A stretch of DNA of 64,000 nt from the NCBI GenBank assembly GCA_930971385.1, contig CAKNGB010000001.1, positions 263,683 through 327,682 of the forward strand, read 5' to 3'. The position numbers and the translations under genes were made by a program. Below are positions 25,252-33,809 of this stretch, in pieces. Position 1 is the first letter of the stretch. Each line of letters starts with the position of its first letter. The DNA comes from an uncultured Clostridia bacterium (GTDB lineage: Bacteria > Bacillota > Clostridia > Christensenellales > UBA1242). Below the pieces are notes generated by a model. The model was not told where the DNA came from, searched no databases, and saw only the letters and a list, made by a program, of their open reading frames with translations.

Positions 25252-25755
25252 ATGAACAAAACTAAAAGAAACTTAATTTTAAGCGCAGGAATAATCAATT
25301 TAATCAACATGCTTGCCAATCTTGTGATTGTGATTATGTATCTTGTTGACCCTGTGCAGTTTGTTATGCTGGAATATTATCTTGTTATCATTTCCTATTA
25401 CAGCATATACTTTGTTTTTGTGGAAATCGTCGCGGGAATTATTGCCAGCATCATGCTTATTTATTCCGTTCGCAAAAAAGGAAAATATTTCCGCTATTCA
25501 CAAAAATATTATATCGCAGGGCTTATAATTATTGTTTTTGCAGGCGGTTGGATACCTTGGATACTCCTTTTCATCTCCATGTTCATTCCAGACATTATTG
25601 TTATGAACTCTCCGTCTGAACTTCGCACTGAACAGCGTCAAGAGGATAGAGAAAAGGACGAAAAGCGAAGAAAGGTGGAAGAACTTAGAAAAATGAAAGA
25701 AGATGGCGTTATAACTGAAGAAGAATTTCAAAAAGAACTTATGAATTTGTTATGA
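25252..25755 (+). CDS. Multi-pass membrane protein with a C-terminal SHOCT-like motif
   Basis: About 4 TM helices, then a charged linker and KEDGVITEEEFQKELMNLL. The ATG at 25252 follows AAAGGAAAA. Confidence 0.65.
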   Translation: MNKTKRNLILSAGIINLINMLANLVIVIMYLVDPVQFVMLEYYLVIISYYSIYFVFVEIVAGIIASIMLIYSVRKKGKYFRYSQKYYIAGLIIIVFAGGWIPWILLFISMFIPDIIVMNSPSELRTEQRQEDREKDEKRRKVEELRKMKEDGVITEEEFQKELMNLL

Positions 25756-25883
25756 CATTAATAAATTATATTTTAAAAACGGCGTTAAAAGGAAATTTTT
25801 CGCTGTTTTTTATTTATTTTGTTAAAATATTTGACATATTTCGCGATATCACTTATAATATAGTTATATTAAAAGGAGGAGAT

Positions 25884-26180
25884 ATGAAAAAGTTGACATT
25901 AACAACCATCATCATTCTTGGCATTGGTCTTGCAATGATTCTTGTTGGTGCCGTTCTTGAAGGTATTGTTAACTGGGGAACAGGTTTCAATGGCGATGCA
26001 CTTGCAAGTGCACTCACAACCATTGGCTACATTGTTGCAATGCTCTCTGGTGTTGTGCTTACAGGAATGGGAATTGCTTATGCCATCAAAAGTGGCTCAA
26101 GCGATTGTCATTGCGATGACAATTGCAATTGCGGTTGCAAAGATGACAAAAACGACAAGAAAAAAGAAAGCAAAAACTAA
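25884..26180 (+). CDS. Small 2-TM protein with a Cys/His/Asp-rich tail
   Basis: AAAGGAGGAGAT RBS precedes the ATG at 25884. The tail is GSSDCHCDDNCNCGCKDDKNDKKKESKN. Confidence 0.7.
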   Translation: MKKLTLTTIIILGIGLAMILVGAVLEGIVNWGTGFNGDALASALTTIGYIVAMLSGVVLTGMGIAYAIKSGSSDCHCDDNCNCGCKDDKNDKKKESKN

Positions 26181-26191
26181 GTTAGTTTTAA

Positions 26192-26219
26192 ATTGCCACT
26201 TTATGTGGTAATTTTTTTT
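26192..26219. terminator. Terminator hairpin between the convergent small membrane gene and tadA
   Basis: ATTGCCAC-TTTAT-GTGGTAAT followed by T7. Confidence 0.7.
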
Positions 26220-26662
26220 CACTTTTTTCGTTTTCCTTTGAAAAAATTGGTTAAAAGTGATGAGCATATTTCACTATATTTTTCCTCTTTAATAAGTTTG
26301 GTGTTGTGGTTTAGGCGGGTGCTTTCAAAAATTTTTTCGCAAAGATTATCCTCACTTTTTTCATCGGCTCCATAATGCACATCTTTAATTCTTGCGTTCA
26401 CAATCGCACCTGCACACATTGGGCAAGGAACAAGGGTGACATAAAGCGAGCAATCTAAAAGCCGCCAATCATGAAGTTTTCGGCAGGCTTTTTTTATGGC
26501 GATTATCTCTGCATGGTTTATGGCGTTTTTGGTTTTTTCGCGCTTATTATAGCCTTTTGAAATGACCTTTCCGTTTTTAACCACGCAAGCTCCAATAGGA
26601 ACCTCTCCTCTTTTTTCCGCTTTTTTTGCCTCGTTTATGGCAATTTCCATAAAGTTTTTCAT
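26219..26662 (-). CDS. tadA: tRNA-specific adenosine(34) deaminase
   Basis: HAEIIAI and PCPMCAGAI zinc-binding motifs, 147 aa. Confidence 0.9.
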   Translation of the reverse strand: MKNFMEIAINEAKKAEKRGEVPIGACVVKNGKVISKGYNKREKTKNAINHAEIIAIKKACRKLHDWRLLDCSLYVTLVPCPMCAGAIVNARIKDVHYGADEKSEDNLCEKIFESTRLNHNTKLIKEEKYSEICSSLLTNFFKGKRKK

Positions 26663-26741
26663 AACACCATTTTACAACAAAATTTTTTCTAAGGCAATAT
26701 ATTTGTTGTTTTTTTTAAATATTTGTGCTATTATTAAAGGC

Positions 26742-27761
26742 ATGAACAGCGAAGAACAATTTAAAAAAGCGATTGCAAGGCGAAATTTTTACACATCTAA
26801 CGATGTGGGAAAGGTGTTTTTATATGTTTTCTTGCTTCCTATTCTTTTTTCTTTCATTTTTTCTTACATAGGCTATGGCATTGCAAGTGCAGTGGGTGTT
26901 GACTTTTCTGGTGCAGAAAGTTGGATTGATGTTTTATATCAAAACCACCTTTGGTTCACCATTCCTTATGCACTTATTTCGCAAATAACTTTTGTTTGCA
27001 CATTTTTTATTTATAACAAGGTAAACAGGGTTAGTTTTTTCGCTTCCAAATTAAAAGTTAAAAAGATTAATCCATGGCTAACTGTTATTTGTGCAGTGTT
27101 TGGAATTTTGTTTGTGATTTGTCTATTTGGGCTTATTGAAGGGTGCTTTGGTGAACTTTTTTCACTTATGGACTTTGAGCCAAGCGTGACGCCGATTCCT
27201 CTCAATAGTTTCGGCTGGTATATGCTTTGGATTTTGATTTTTGCCATAGTTCCTGCCTTTTGCGAGGAATTGATTTTCCGCGGAGTTGTGTTTAACGGGC
27301 TTAAAAAAAGTTTGGGAAGTTTACCTGCCATCTTTTTATCCGCGTTAACCTTTGCACTTGTGCATCAAAACATTCAGCAATTTATCTATCCATTCATTAT
27401 GGGAATTGTGTTTGCGGTGATTGCCGATAAAACTGGCAACATCTTCTACACCATGATTATGCATCTATTTAACAACATCACAACGATAACCATTCAATAT
27501 ATGCTTAACACGGGCGCTTTAAATTTGGATATGCCAATCAATGCCGTTTACATCATAGTTTCCATATTGCTGGCACTTGTTATTGGTTCGCTCTTTTTCC
27601 TGTTTTATTGGTTCTATCTTAAAAAGCACAAGGCGGAAGAAGAGGAAGAGGTGGGAGAGTATAATTCCAATCCAATAATTCTCGCCAAAATTCCACTTTC
27701 TTTGTGGGCAGGATGGGTAATTTCTTTATTGGTGCTGGTTATAAATGCTGTGCTTGTCTAG
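26742..27761 (+). CDS. CPBP-family intramembrane glutamic endopeptidase (CAAX protease/Abi family), copy 1
   Basis: Motifs FCEELIFRGV, FALVHQN and HLFNN. The ATG at 26742 avoids the antisense overlap with tadA. Confidence 0.82.
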   Translation: MNSEEQFKKAIARRNFYTSNDVGKVFLYVFLLPILFSFIFSYIGYGIASAVGVDFSGAESWIDVLYQNHLWFTIPYALISQITFVCTFFIYNKVNRVSFFASKLKVKKINPWLTVICAVFGILFVICLFGLIEGCFGELFSLMDFEPSVTPIPLNSFGWYMLWILIFAIVPAFCEELIFRGVVFNGLKKSLGSLPAIFLSALTFALVHQNIQQFIYPFIMGIVFAVIADKTGNIFYTMIMHLFNNITTITIQYMLNTGALNLDMPINAVYIIVSILLALVIGSLFFLFYWFYLKKHKAEEEEEVGEYNSNPIILAKIPLSLWAGWVISLLVLVINAVLV

Positions 27762-27784
27762 TATATACTATTAGGAGAAATGTT

Positions 27785-28900
27785 GTGAAAAAAAGTGCGT
27801 TTAGTGCAAGTTTGATATATTTTATTGTGGTCTGCGTTTTTTGCGTGATAAGAATGTTAAACAGTTTCCACCTACTTTCCTTTATGGGAGAAGTGGGGAA
27901 TTATGTTGTTAATGGTTTTCTGCAAATTGGAATACTTTTTCTTTTTTCCATTTTGATATATAAAGTTATGACCAAGAAAAGTTTAAAAAACACGCTTTAT
28001 GATTTTAACTATTCAAAAGTTTCCTTTAAGGTGGTTTTAATATCTATTGGGCTTGGAGTTGTTGTATACTTTCTTAATGTTTTTGTTTCTTCCTTTTTCT
28101 ATGCCATCTTAGAGTCGCTTGGCTATTCCTCGTCAAGTGGCAGTGGTGGAGGCGTGGTAAGCATTTGGACGCTTGTTTTAGGGTTAATCTTTACCGCTAT
28201 TCTTCCAGCAATTTGCGAAGAGAATTTGCATAGAGGTATGCTTTTAACAAGCACAAGTGGGCTTGGTATGAAAAACAGCATCCTTTTAACAGGGCTTATG
28301 TTTGGACTTTTGCACCTTAACATAGAGCAATTTTTCTATGCCACACTCATCGGCTTTTTCCTCGGCTTTGTTTGCTATGTTTCAGGTTCAATTTATCCAT
28401 GTATGATTATCCACTTTATGAATAACGGCATAAGTGTTTTGTTGTCGTATTTAACTGCAAGTGGCACTTTGCATGGAGGATTTTTCACACAACTAAACAC
28501 CATTCTTGCAAACAATGTGGTGGTGGGCTTTGTTGTGATGTTCATAACAATTCTTGTTTTGGTTATTCTTCTTGTTGTTTTAACACGGCTTCTTTTGAAG
28601 GTTAGTTTTGAAGACTCCATTCGCGAAAAACAAAAAGTTATGCAAAATCTTGCCACTCGCGTTAACTATTTAAACGATGTGGAAAAGATTAAGGGTGAGG
28701 AAGCGGAAAGCGAAAAGCAGTTTGTGTTTATGTCTATGGAAGAGATAAAAAGGTTTATGCAGGATAATCCTGACGCCATTGTTGTGCCAAAGCCTAAACG
28801 CGAAAAAATGGAAACGCGAACAAAAATTCTTCTTATTGCCTCGATTGTGCTTTCGTCTGCCGTCACACTTTTCACGCTTATTTGGGGGATAATATGCTGA
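27785..28900 (+). CDS. CPBP-family intramembrane glutamic endopeptidase, copy 2, with an extra charged domain and a terminal TM
   Basis: Motifs ICEENLHRGM, GLLHLN and HFMNN. The GTG at 27785 follows an AGGAG RBS. Confidence 0.78.
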   Translation: MKKSAFSASLIYFIVVCVFCVIRMLNSFHLLSFMGEVGNYVVNGFLQIGILFLFSILIYKVMTKKSLKNTLYDFNYSKVSFKVVLISIGLGVVVYFLNVFVSSFFYAILESLGYSSSSGSGGGVVSIWTLVLGLIFTAILPAICEENLHRGMLLTSTSGLGMKNSILLTGLMFGLLHLNIEQFFYATLIGFFLGFVCYVSGSIYPCMIIHFMNNGISVLLSYLTASGTLHGGFFTQLNTILANNVVVGFVVMFITILVLVILLVVLTRLLLKVSFEDSIREKQKVMQNLATRVNYLNDVEKIKGEEAESEKQFVFMSMEEIKRFMQDNPDAIVVPKPKREKMETRTKILLIASIVLSSAVTLFTLIWGIIC

Positions 28901-29352
28901 ATATCAGTGTTGTTTGTGTTGGAAATTTAAAAGAAAAATTTTCTCAGGACGCGGAAAAGGAATATCTTAAAAGGCTTTCAAAGTTTGCTAAGGTTAATGT
29001 CATCGAACTTAAAGAGCAAAACAAACTTGTTAATTTAATGCTTATTAAAGAAAAAGAAGGGGAGGAGATTTTAGAAAATCTTTCCTCTTTCAATGTTTTG
29101 TGTGACTTAGGCGGAAAAAGTTTGTCTAGTGAAGAGTTTGCAAATTCTATTGAAAAACTAACTCTAACAAATTCCAAAATAACCTTTGTGATTGGTGGCT
29201 CATATGGTGTTAGCGAAAAAGTTAAAAACGCCTGTCAAATGAAAATTTCCTTTTCCAAAATGACCTTTCCGCATAATCTTTTTCGCATTATGCTTTTAGA
29301 GCAAATATATCGCGCTTTCACAATTTTAAACGGCGTAAGTTATCATAAATAA
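28894..29352 (+). CDS. rlmH: 23S rRNA (pseudouridine1915-N3)-methyltransferase
   Basis: SPOUT-type. It starts MLNISVVCVGNLKEKF and contains VIGGSYGV and LFRIMLLEQIYRA. Confidence 0.85.
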   Translation: MLNISVVCVGNLKEKFSQDAEKEYLKRLSKFAKVNVIELKEQNKLVNLMLIKEKEGEEILENLSSFNVLCDLGGKSLSSEEFANSIEKLTLTNSKITFVIGGSYGVSEKVKNACQMKISFSKMTFPHNLFRIMLLEQIYRAFTILNGVSYHK

Positions 29353-29370
29353 ATTTCATATCCAATAGTA

Positions 29371-29398
29371 AAAAAATCAAGCGTTAAACTTGATTTTT
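29371..29398. terminator. Bidirectional terminator between rlmH (+) and the 263-aa ORF (-)
   Basis: ATCAAG-CGTTAAA-CTTGAT, with an A-run on the left and a T-run on the right. Confidence 0.65.
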
Positions 29399-30188
29399 AA
29401 TTTTTTACTTTTAAGTTTTCGTTCACAATTTTTTTGAAAGTGCTGTGAATGAGTGGATTTTTTAAAACTTGTGGCGACAGGTGCGTTTCTTTCATGCGTT
29501 TATAGGTGGCAAATTTAACAATGTCTGGGATGTTTTCATCTTCAAGAATTTTTTTGCTGTCGAAATATCCAAGAAACAAATTGTTGATTTCTTTATATAC
29601 CTTTGAAAAATTTTCGTAGTTTATGTTTTTAAGATTAGATAAACTTCTTTCCATAACATTAATCTTAAAACCATTTTTTGAAACCAACAAAACTTTCACG
29701 CTTTCAGGCGCTTGTTTTTTGCCAACATTCACTTTTCCATTCACTTCTTTTTTAAAGAGCCATTCGTTTTTTGTTTCTTTTTCAATGTATGGCGCAAGTT
29801 TTTTGAAAGGGCAATCGAATTTAGCGATTTCTTCTTTAAGTGGTTTAAGCGCTGTTTTGTTGTCTAAAACATTTGCTTTAATTTTCATAAGTTTGTCGCA
29901 AATTGTGCCATAGTTTTGTTGAGAAGAGAAGATTTCTTGAATAATGCTGTGGTCATTAAACTTTTCTGTCACTTTGCAATCTTCACTTTCCACCGAATAT
30001 TTGTTTAAAAGCCCATTAAGCTTTTCTTGCACAAATTTTAAAAGTCCTCGCACTTCAACATCATTGATTATTTCTTGTTTTTTAGCATATTCAATTTGCT
30101 TACACAAAATTTCATAGGTTAGTTCAACATTTAATAGGTTTTTATATGGAATATATAAGTCTTTTTCGTATAATTCAAAAACGGTCAT
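29397..30188 (-). CDS. Hypothetical protein (263 aa), no recognisable motif
   Basis: Clean ORF. The GTTGGAGGCAAAA-ATG RBS supports a start at 30188. Confidence 0.6.
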   Translation of the reverse strand: MTVFELYEKDLYIPYKNLLNVELTYEILCKQIEYAKKQEIINDVEVRGLLKFVQEKLNGLLNKYSVESEDCKVTEKFNDHSIIQEIFSSQQNYGTICDKLMKIKANVLDNKTALKPLKEEIAKFDCPFKKLAPYIEKETKNEWLFKKEVNGKVNVGKKQAPESVKVLLVSKNGFKINVMERSLSNLKNINYENFSKVYKEINNLFLGYFDSKKILEDENIPDIVKFATYKRMKETHLSPQVLKNPLIHSTFKKIVNENLKVKN

Positions 30189-30271
30189 TTTTGCCTCCAA
30201 CATTTAAGTATATGAATTTTAACAATTTAAATGATAAAAGTCAATAGAAAAAATAAATTTGCGTAAAACGC

Positions 30272-30300
30272 TTGCAATAATTTTTTTTATATGATATAAT
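30272..30300 (+). promoter_or_regulatory. Sigma-A promoter upstream of rpsB (about 180-nt leader)
   Basis: TTGCAA (30272-30277), 17-nt spacer, TATAAT (30295-30300). Confidence 0.7.
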
Positions 30301-30482
30301 CGCTGTGTCATTGAGACAAATAAGCACCATGGGCGTATTTTTAGGTCGGTTGCCTGAACGCTTGCAAACTTTTGTTTTTTGTTTTTTAATTTTGAATTTG
30401 TTTGCAGGTAAAAGTGTGATCTTGGGTTGACTTAAAAAGTTGATGTTTGTGGGAAGGACAAAAACAAGGGAGGTAAAAAATT

Positions 30483-31373
30483 ATGTCAGTTATTTCAATG
30501 AAACAACTTCTTGAAGCGGGCGTTCACTTCGGTCACCAAACAAGAAAGTGGAACCCAAAAATGAAGCAATACATTTTCACTGCCAGAAATGATATTCACA
30601 TTTTAAATCTTGAAGTGACACAGGAGCAAATCGACAAAGCATATAATTTTGTTCGCGATGTTGTTGCTTCTGGCAAAAACATTCTTTTTGTGGGAACAAA
30701 GAAACAAGCACAAGAGGCTATTAAAGAAGAAGCAGAAAGATGTGGAATGTTCTACATCAATACTCGTTGGCTTGGTGGAACTTTAACAAACTTCAAAACC
30801 ATCAGAAACAGAGTGGAAAGATTAAACAAACTTAACCAAATGGAAAAGGTTGGAGAATTTGACCTTCTTCCAAAGAAAGAGGTTGCTCTTTTAAAGCAAG
30901 AAAGAGATAAACTTGAAAAGAACTTAGGCGGAATTAAAGAAATGCGTGAACTTCCTGGCGCACTTTTCGTGGTTGACCCAACAAACGAAAAAATCTGCGT
31001 TCACGAAGCAAACATCTTAAACATTCCGGTTGTTTCGCTTGTTGACACCAACTGCGATCCATCAAATGTGACAGTTGTTATTCCTGGAAACGACGATGCT
31101 ATCCGTTCTGTTAAACTTATCGCAAGCGCTATGGCTGACGCTGTTATCGAAGCGCGCGAAGGTGTTTCTATGAAGAAAGAAGAGGGCGAGGACGAACAAG
31201 TTGACCTTGAAAGTTTACTCACTGAGGCAAAGCCAAGTTTAGAACTTGCTGAGGCTGGCGAAGAGGTTAAGAAAACCAACAAAAAGCCAAGAAAGAAACC
31301 TGCTGTGAAGAAAGAAAAAGAAGAAAAAGTTGAAAAAACCAATAAGGTTGAAGAAAAGAAAGACGCAGAATAA
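30483..31373 (+). CDS. rpsB: 30S ribosomal protein S2 with a Lys/Glu-rich C-terminal extension
   Basis: It starts [27 protein letters not shown]. 296 aa, with roughly the last 60 aa being K/E-rich. Confidence 0.95.
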   Translation: MSVISMKQLLEAGVHFGHQTRKWNPKMKQYIFTARNDIHILNLEVTQEQIDKAYNFVRDVVASGKNILFVGTKKQAQEAIKEEAERCGMFYINTRWLGGTLTNFKTIRNRVERLNKLNQMEKVGEFDLLPKKEVALLKQERDKLEKNLGGIKEMRELPGALFVVDPTNEKICVHEANILNIPVVSLVDTNCDPSNVTVVIPGNDDAIRSVKLIASAMADAVIEAREGVSMKKEEGEDEQVDLESLLTEAKPSLELAEAGEEVKKTNKKPRKKPAVKKEKEEKVEKTNKVEEKKDAE

Positions 31374-31398
31374 TCTATTTTAAAAAGGAGATAAAATT

Positions 31399-32052
31399 AT
31401 GAGTTTTACTGCACAAGATGTTGCAAAATTAAGACAACAAACAGGCGTTGGCATGATGGAGTGCAAAAAGGCGCTTACAGATGCTAATGGCGATTTTGAA
31501 AAAGCCATCGTGCTTTTAAGAGAAAGAGGGCTTAAAGCAGTTGACAAGAAACAAGGAAGAATTGCTTCCGAAGGTCTTGTTGCTTCCTACATCCACATGG
31601 GCGGAAAAATCGGTGTGCTTGTGGAAGTTAACTGCGAAACCGATTTCGTGGCAAAAAGTGCTGATTTCCAAAATTTAGTTAAGGATATTGCAATGCAAAT
31701 TGCTGCTGCAAATCCAAAATATGTCAGCGAGGCTGAAGTTGACCCACAAGAACTTGAAAACGAAAAGGAAATTTTGCGTGTTCAAGCGCTTAACGAAGGT
31801 AAGCCTGCAAACATCGTTGAAAGAATGATTGAAGGAAGAATTAAAAAGTATTATGAAGACTTCTGCCTTCTTAACCAACCATTCGTTAAAGACAGCAGTA
31901 AAACGATTAAGGATATTTTAACAGAGGCAACTTTAAAGATTGGTGAAAAAATCTCTATCAGAAGATTCACTCGTTATGAACTTGGCGAGGGCTTAGAGAA
32001 AAGACACGACAATTTGGCAGAAGAAGTTGCAAAGCAAATGGCTGGAAAGTAA
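31399..32052 (+). CDS. tsf: Elongation factor Ts (short form)
   Basis: VAKLRQQTGVGMMECKKAL UBA-like N-terminus, 217 aa. Confidence 0.92.
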   Translation: MSFTAQDVAKLRQQTGVGMMECKKALTDANGDFEKAIVLLRERGLKAVDKKQGRIASEGLVASYIHMGGKIGVLVEVNCETDFVAKSADFQNLVKDIAMQIAAANPKYVSEAEVDPQELENEKEILRVQALNEGKPANIVERMIEGRIKKYYEDFCLLNQPFVKDSSKTIKDILTEATLKIGEKISIRRFTRYELGEGLEKRHDNLAEEVAKQMAGK

Positions 32053-32131
32053 TTAAAAAGGGCGCGATGAACGCTCTTTTTATATTTTTAAAAATTTTTT
32101 AAAGAAAATTTAAAAAGAAGAGCAAAAACAC

Positions 32132-32160
32132 TTGACAATGCTTTTCTTTTTATATATAAT
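32132..32160 (+). promoter_or_regulatory. Consensus sigma-A promoter upstream of rpsL
   Basis: TTGACA (32132-32137), 17-nt spacer, TATAAT (32155-32160). Confidence 0.8.
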
Positions 32161-32308
32161 AAAGCCATGTTTCGTTGTCGGAAACATATGCTTAAATTTA
32201 AGCATAAACAAACAACAGGTGGGCGCTTGCCTTCACCGATTTGAAGTTCTCTTCAAAGTCGCTTTGCGATTGTGTTGTTCATGTTTGCCAAATAAAGCAT
32301 ATTTTTTT

Positions 32309-32331
32309 GACGCGGAAACGCGTCTTTTTTT
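32309..32331 (+). terminator. Intrinsic terminator inside the rpsL leader (attenuator, or 3' end of a roughly 165-nt RNA)
   Basis: GACGCG-GAAA-CGCGTC followed by T7, 57 nt upstream of the rpsL ATG. Confidence 0.75.
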
Positions 32332-32387
32332 ATGACAAATCCTATTCACGATTTAAAACTGAAAATTTGAACTAAAAGGAGAATAAA

Positions 32388-32762
32388 ATGCCTACATTTA
32401 ACCAATTAGTGAGAAAAGGTCGCAAATCTTTCGAGAAAAAGAAAAAAGCACCACTTCTTGAAGAGTGCCCTCAAAAGCGCGGTGTTTGCTTGTCTGTTAG
32501 AACTGCAACACCTAAAAAGCCTAACTCCGCTCTTCGTAAGATTGCCAGAGTTAAACTTTCCAACGGTCAAGAAGGAACTTGCTATATCCCAGGCGTAGGA
32601 CACAACCTCCAAGAGCACAGCGTTGTGCTTGTTCGTGGCGGACGTGTTAAAGATTTGCCAGGTGTGCGTTATCACATTGTTAGAGGCACTTTGGATACTG
32701 CTGGTGTTGCCAACAGAAAACAAAGCCGTTCTAAGTATGGCGCAAAAAGACCTAAGAAGTAA
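32388..32762 (+). CDS. rpsL: 30S ribosomal protein S12
   Basis: It starts [12 protein letters not shown] and contains [10 protein letters not shown]. Confidence 0.97.
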   Translation: MPTFNQLVRKGRKSFEKKKKAPLLEECPQKRGVCLSVRTATPKKPNSALRKIARVKLSNGQEGTCYIPGVGHNLQEHSVVLVRGGRVKDLPGVRYHIVRGTLDTAGVANRKQSRSKYGAKRPKK

Positions 32763-32796
32763 GAAAAACAAAATTTAGATAAAAGGAGTAAAACCA

Positions 32797-33270
32797 ATGC
32801 CAAGAAGAAAATGTGCGACAAAGAAAGATGTTTTACCAGATCCAATCTATAACAACAAGGTTGTCACAAAGTTAACAAACCAAGTTATGTTGAGTGGTAA
32901 AAAAGGACTTGCACAAAGAATTGTTTATGGTTCGTTTGACATTATTAAAGAAAAAACAAGTTTGGAACCTCTTGATGTTTGCTTGACCGCGATTGAAAAT
33001 GTTAAGCCTATGCTTGAAACAAAAGGTCGCAGAGTGGGCGGTGCAACATACCAAGTGCCAATGGAAATTAGGCCAGAAAGACGCCAAACACTTGCTATTC
33101 GTTGGATTGTGAACAACGCAAGAAAGAGAACTGGCGAAAGAAATATGGATGCTAAACTTGCAGGCGAACTTATGGATGCATATAATAACACAGGTGCTTC
33201 CATTAAAAAGCGTGATGAAATGCACAGAATGGCTGAAGCAAACAAAGCATTTGCTCACTATAAGTGGTAA
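32797..33270 (+). CDS. rpsG: 30S ribosomal protein S7
   Basis: It starts [18 protein letters not shown] and contains [16 protein letters not shown]. Confidence 0.97.
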   Translation: MPRRKCATKKDVLPDPIYNNKVVTKLTNQVMLSGKKGLAQRIVYGSFDIIKEKTSLEPLDVCLTAIENVKPMLETKGRRVGGATYQVPMEIRPERRQTLAIRWIVNNARKRTGERNMDAKLAGELMDAYNNTGASIKKRDEMHRMAEANKAFAHYKW

Positions 33271-33274
33271 TTTC

Positions 33275-33403
33275 ATGAATAAAAGCGAAATGTTTAAAAC
33301 TCGTCCAAATAGCCAACAAAATAATAAGGACGAAGAATATGCTCTTATAAACTTGAAAAAGTTATACGCGCATAAGCATCCAAAGATTGAACGCGAAAGA
33401 TGA
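33275..33403 (+). CDS. Possible 42-codon ORF directly after rpsG (weak)
   Basis: The ATG lies 2 nt after the rpsG stop codon. There is no clear SD, so it could be translated only by coupling. Confidence 0.25.
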   Translation: MNKSEMFKTRPNSQQNNKDEEYALINLKKLYAHKHPKIERER

Positions 33404-33414
33404 AGGAGGAAGTT

Positions 33415-33786
33415 ATGTTCATTGAAAAGTTATCAAAAGAAGATATCACTGACATATTTCAAAAGAATTATGGAAAAATGATTGTGGAACTAAATGGAGT
33501 TGGCACAAAAAGTGTGGAATTAACCATGAAAACAAACCAAGATGACCAACAACCATTTGTTGCATATCTAAAGGATTTTGATATTAATGCTGTTTCTAAC
33601 ACCGCTTTTCATAATTGCCACAGCAGAGTTCTTCCTTTACAGAGGCGCACAATCAATATGTGGAGAAGCGCGCTTTATGAAAAATTTGGCGAAGAGTATA
33701 AAAAAGGTCTTTCTGAGTTTTTGGATGCAGAAAAAAAGAGCATTATGAGTTGTCTTAAAGAAAAAGACAGCGAAATAACGAAATAA
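33415..33786 (+). CDS. Hypothetical protein (123 aa) inserted between rpsG and fusA
   Basis: Strong RBS GAAGGAGGAAGTT-ATG. No recognisable motif. Confidence 0.7.
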   Translation: MFIEKLSKEDITDIFQKNYGKMIVELNGVGTKSVELTMKTNQDDQQPFVAYLKDFDINAVSNTAFHNCHSRVLPLQRRTINMWRSALYEKFGEEYKKGLSEFLDAEKKSIMSCLKEKDSEITK

Positions 33787-33809
33787 GATAAATTAAAAAG
33801 GAGAAAAAA

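Noticed and set aside
26562-26741. A 60-codon N-terminal extension of the first CPBP protease in the ORF track.
   Set aside because: The extension runs antisense through the tadA coding region and start. The internal ATG at 26742 gives a normal CPBP N-terminus. Similar over-extensions were trimmed for 3369, 13317, 13913, 15065, 17333, 22029, 25159, 25752, 27704, 28882, 44660 and 59187.
32132-32335. A 67-codon ORF in the rpsL upstream region.
   Set aside because: Its start codon overlaps the -35 box of the promoter and it has no RBS. The sequence is better explained as a structured leader ending in an intrinsic terminator.
33149-33403. An 84-aa ORF spanning the end of rpsG and the following spacer.
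   Set aside because: Its first half overlaps rpsG in another frame. Only the 42 codons after the rpsG stop (33275-33403) are free, and these lack a clear RBS. It is kept only as a low-confidence feature.
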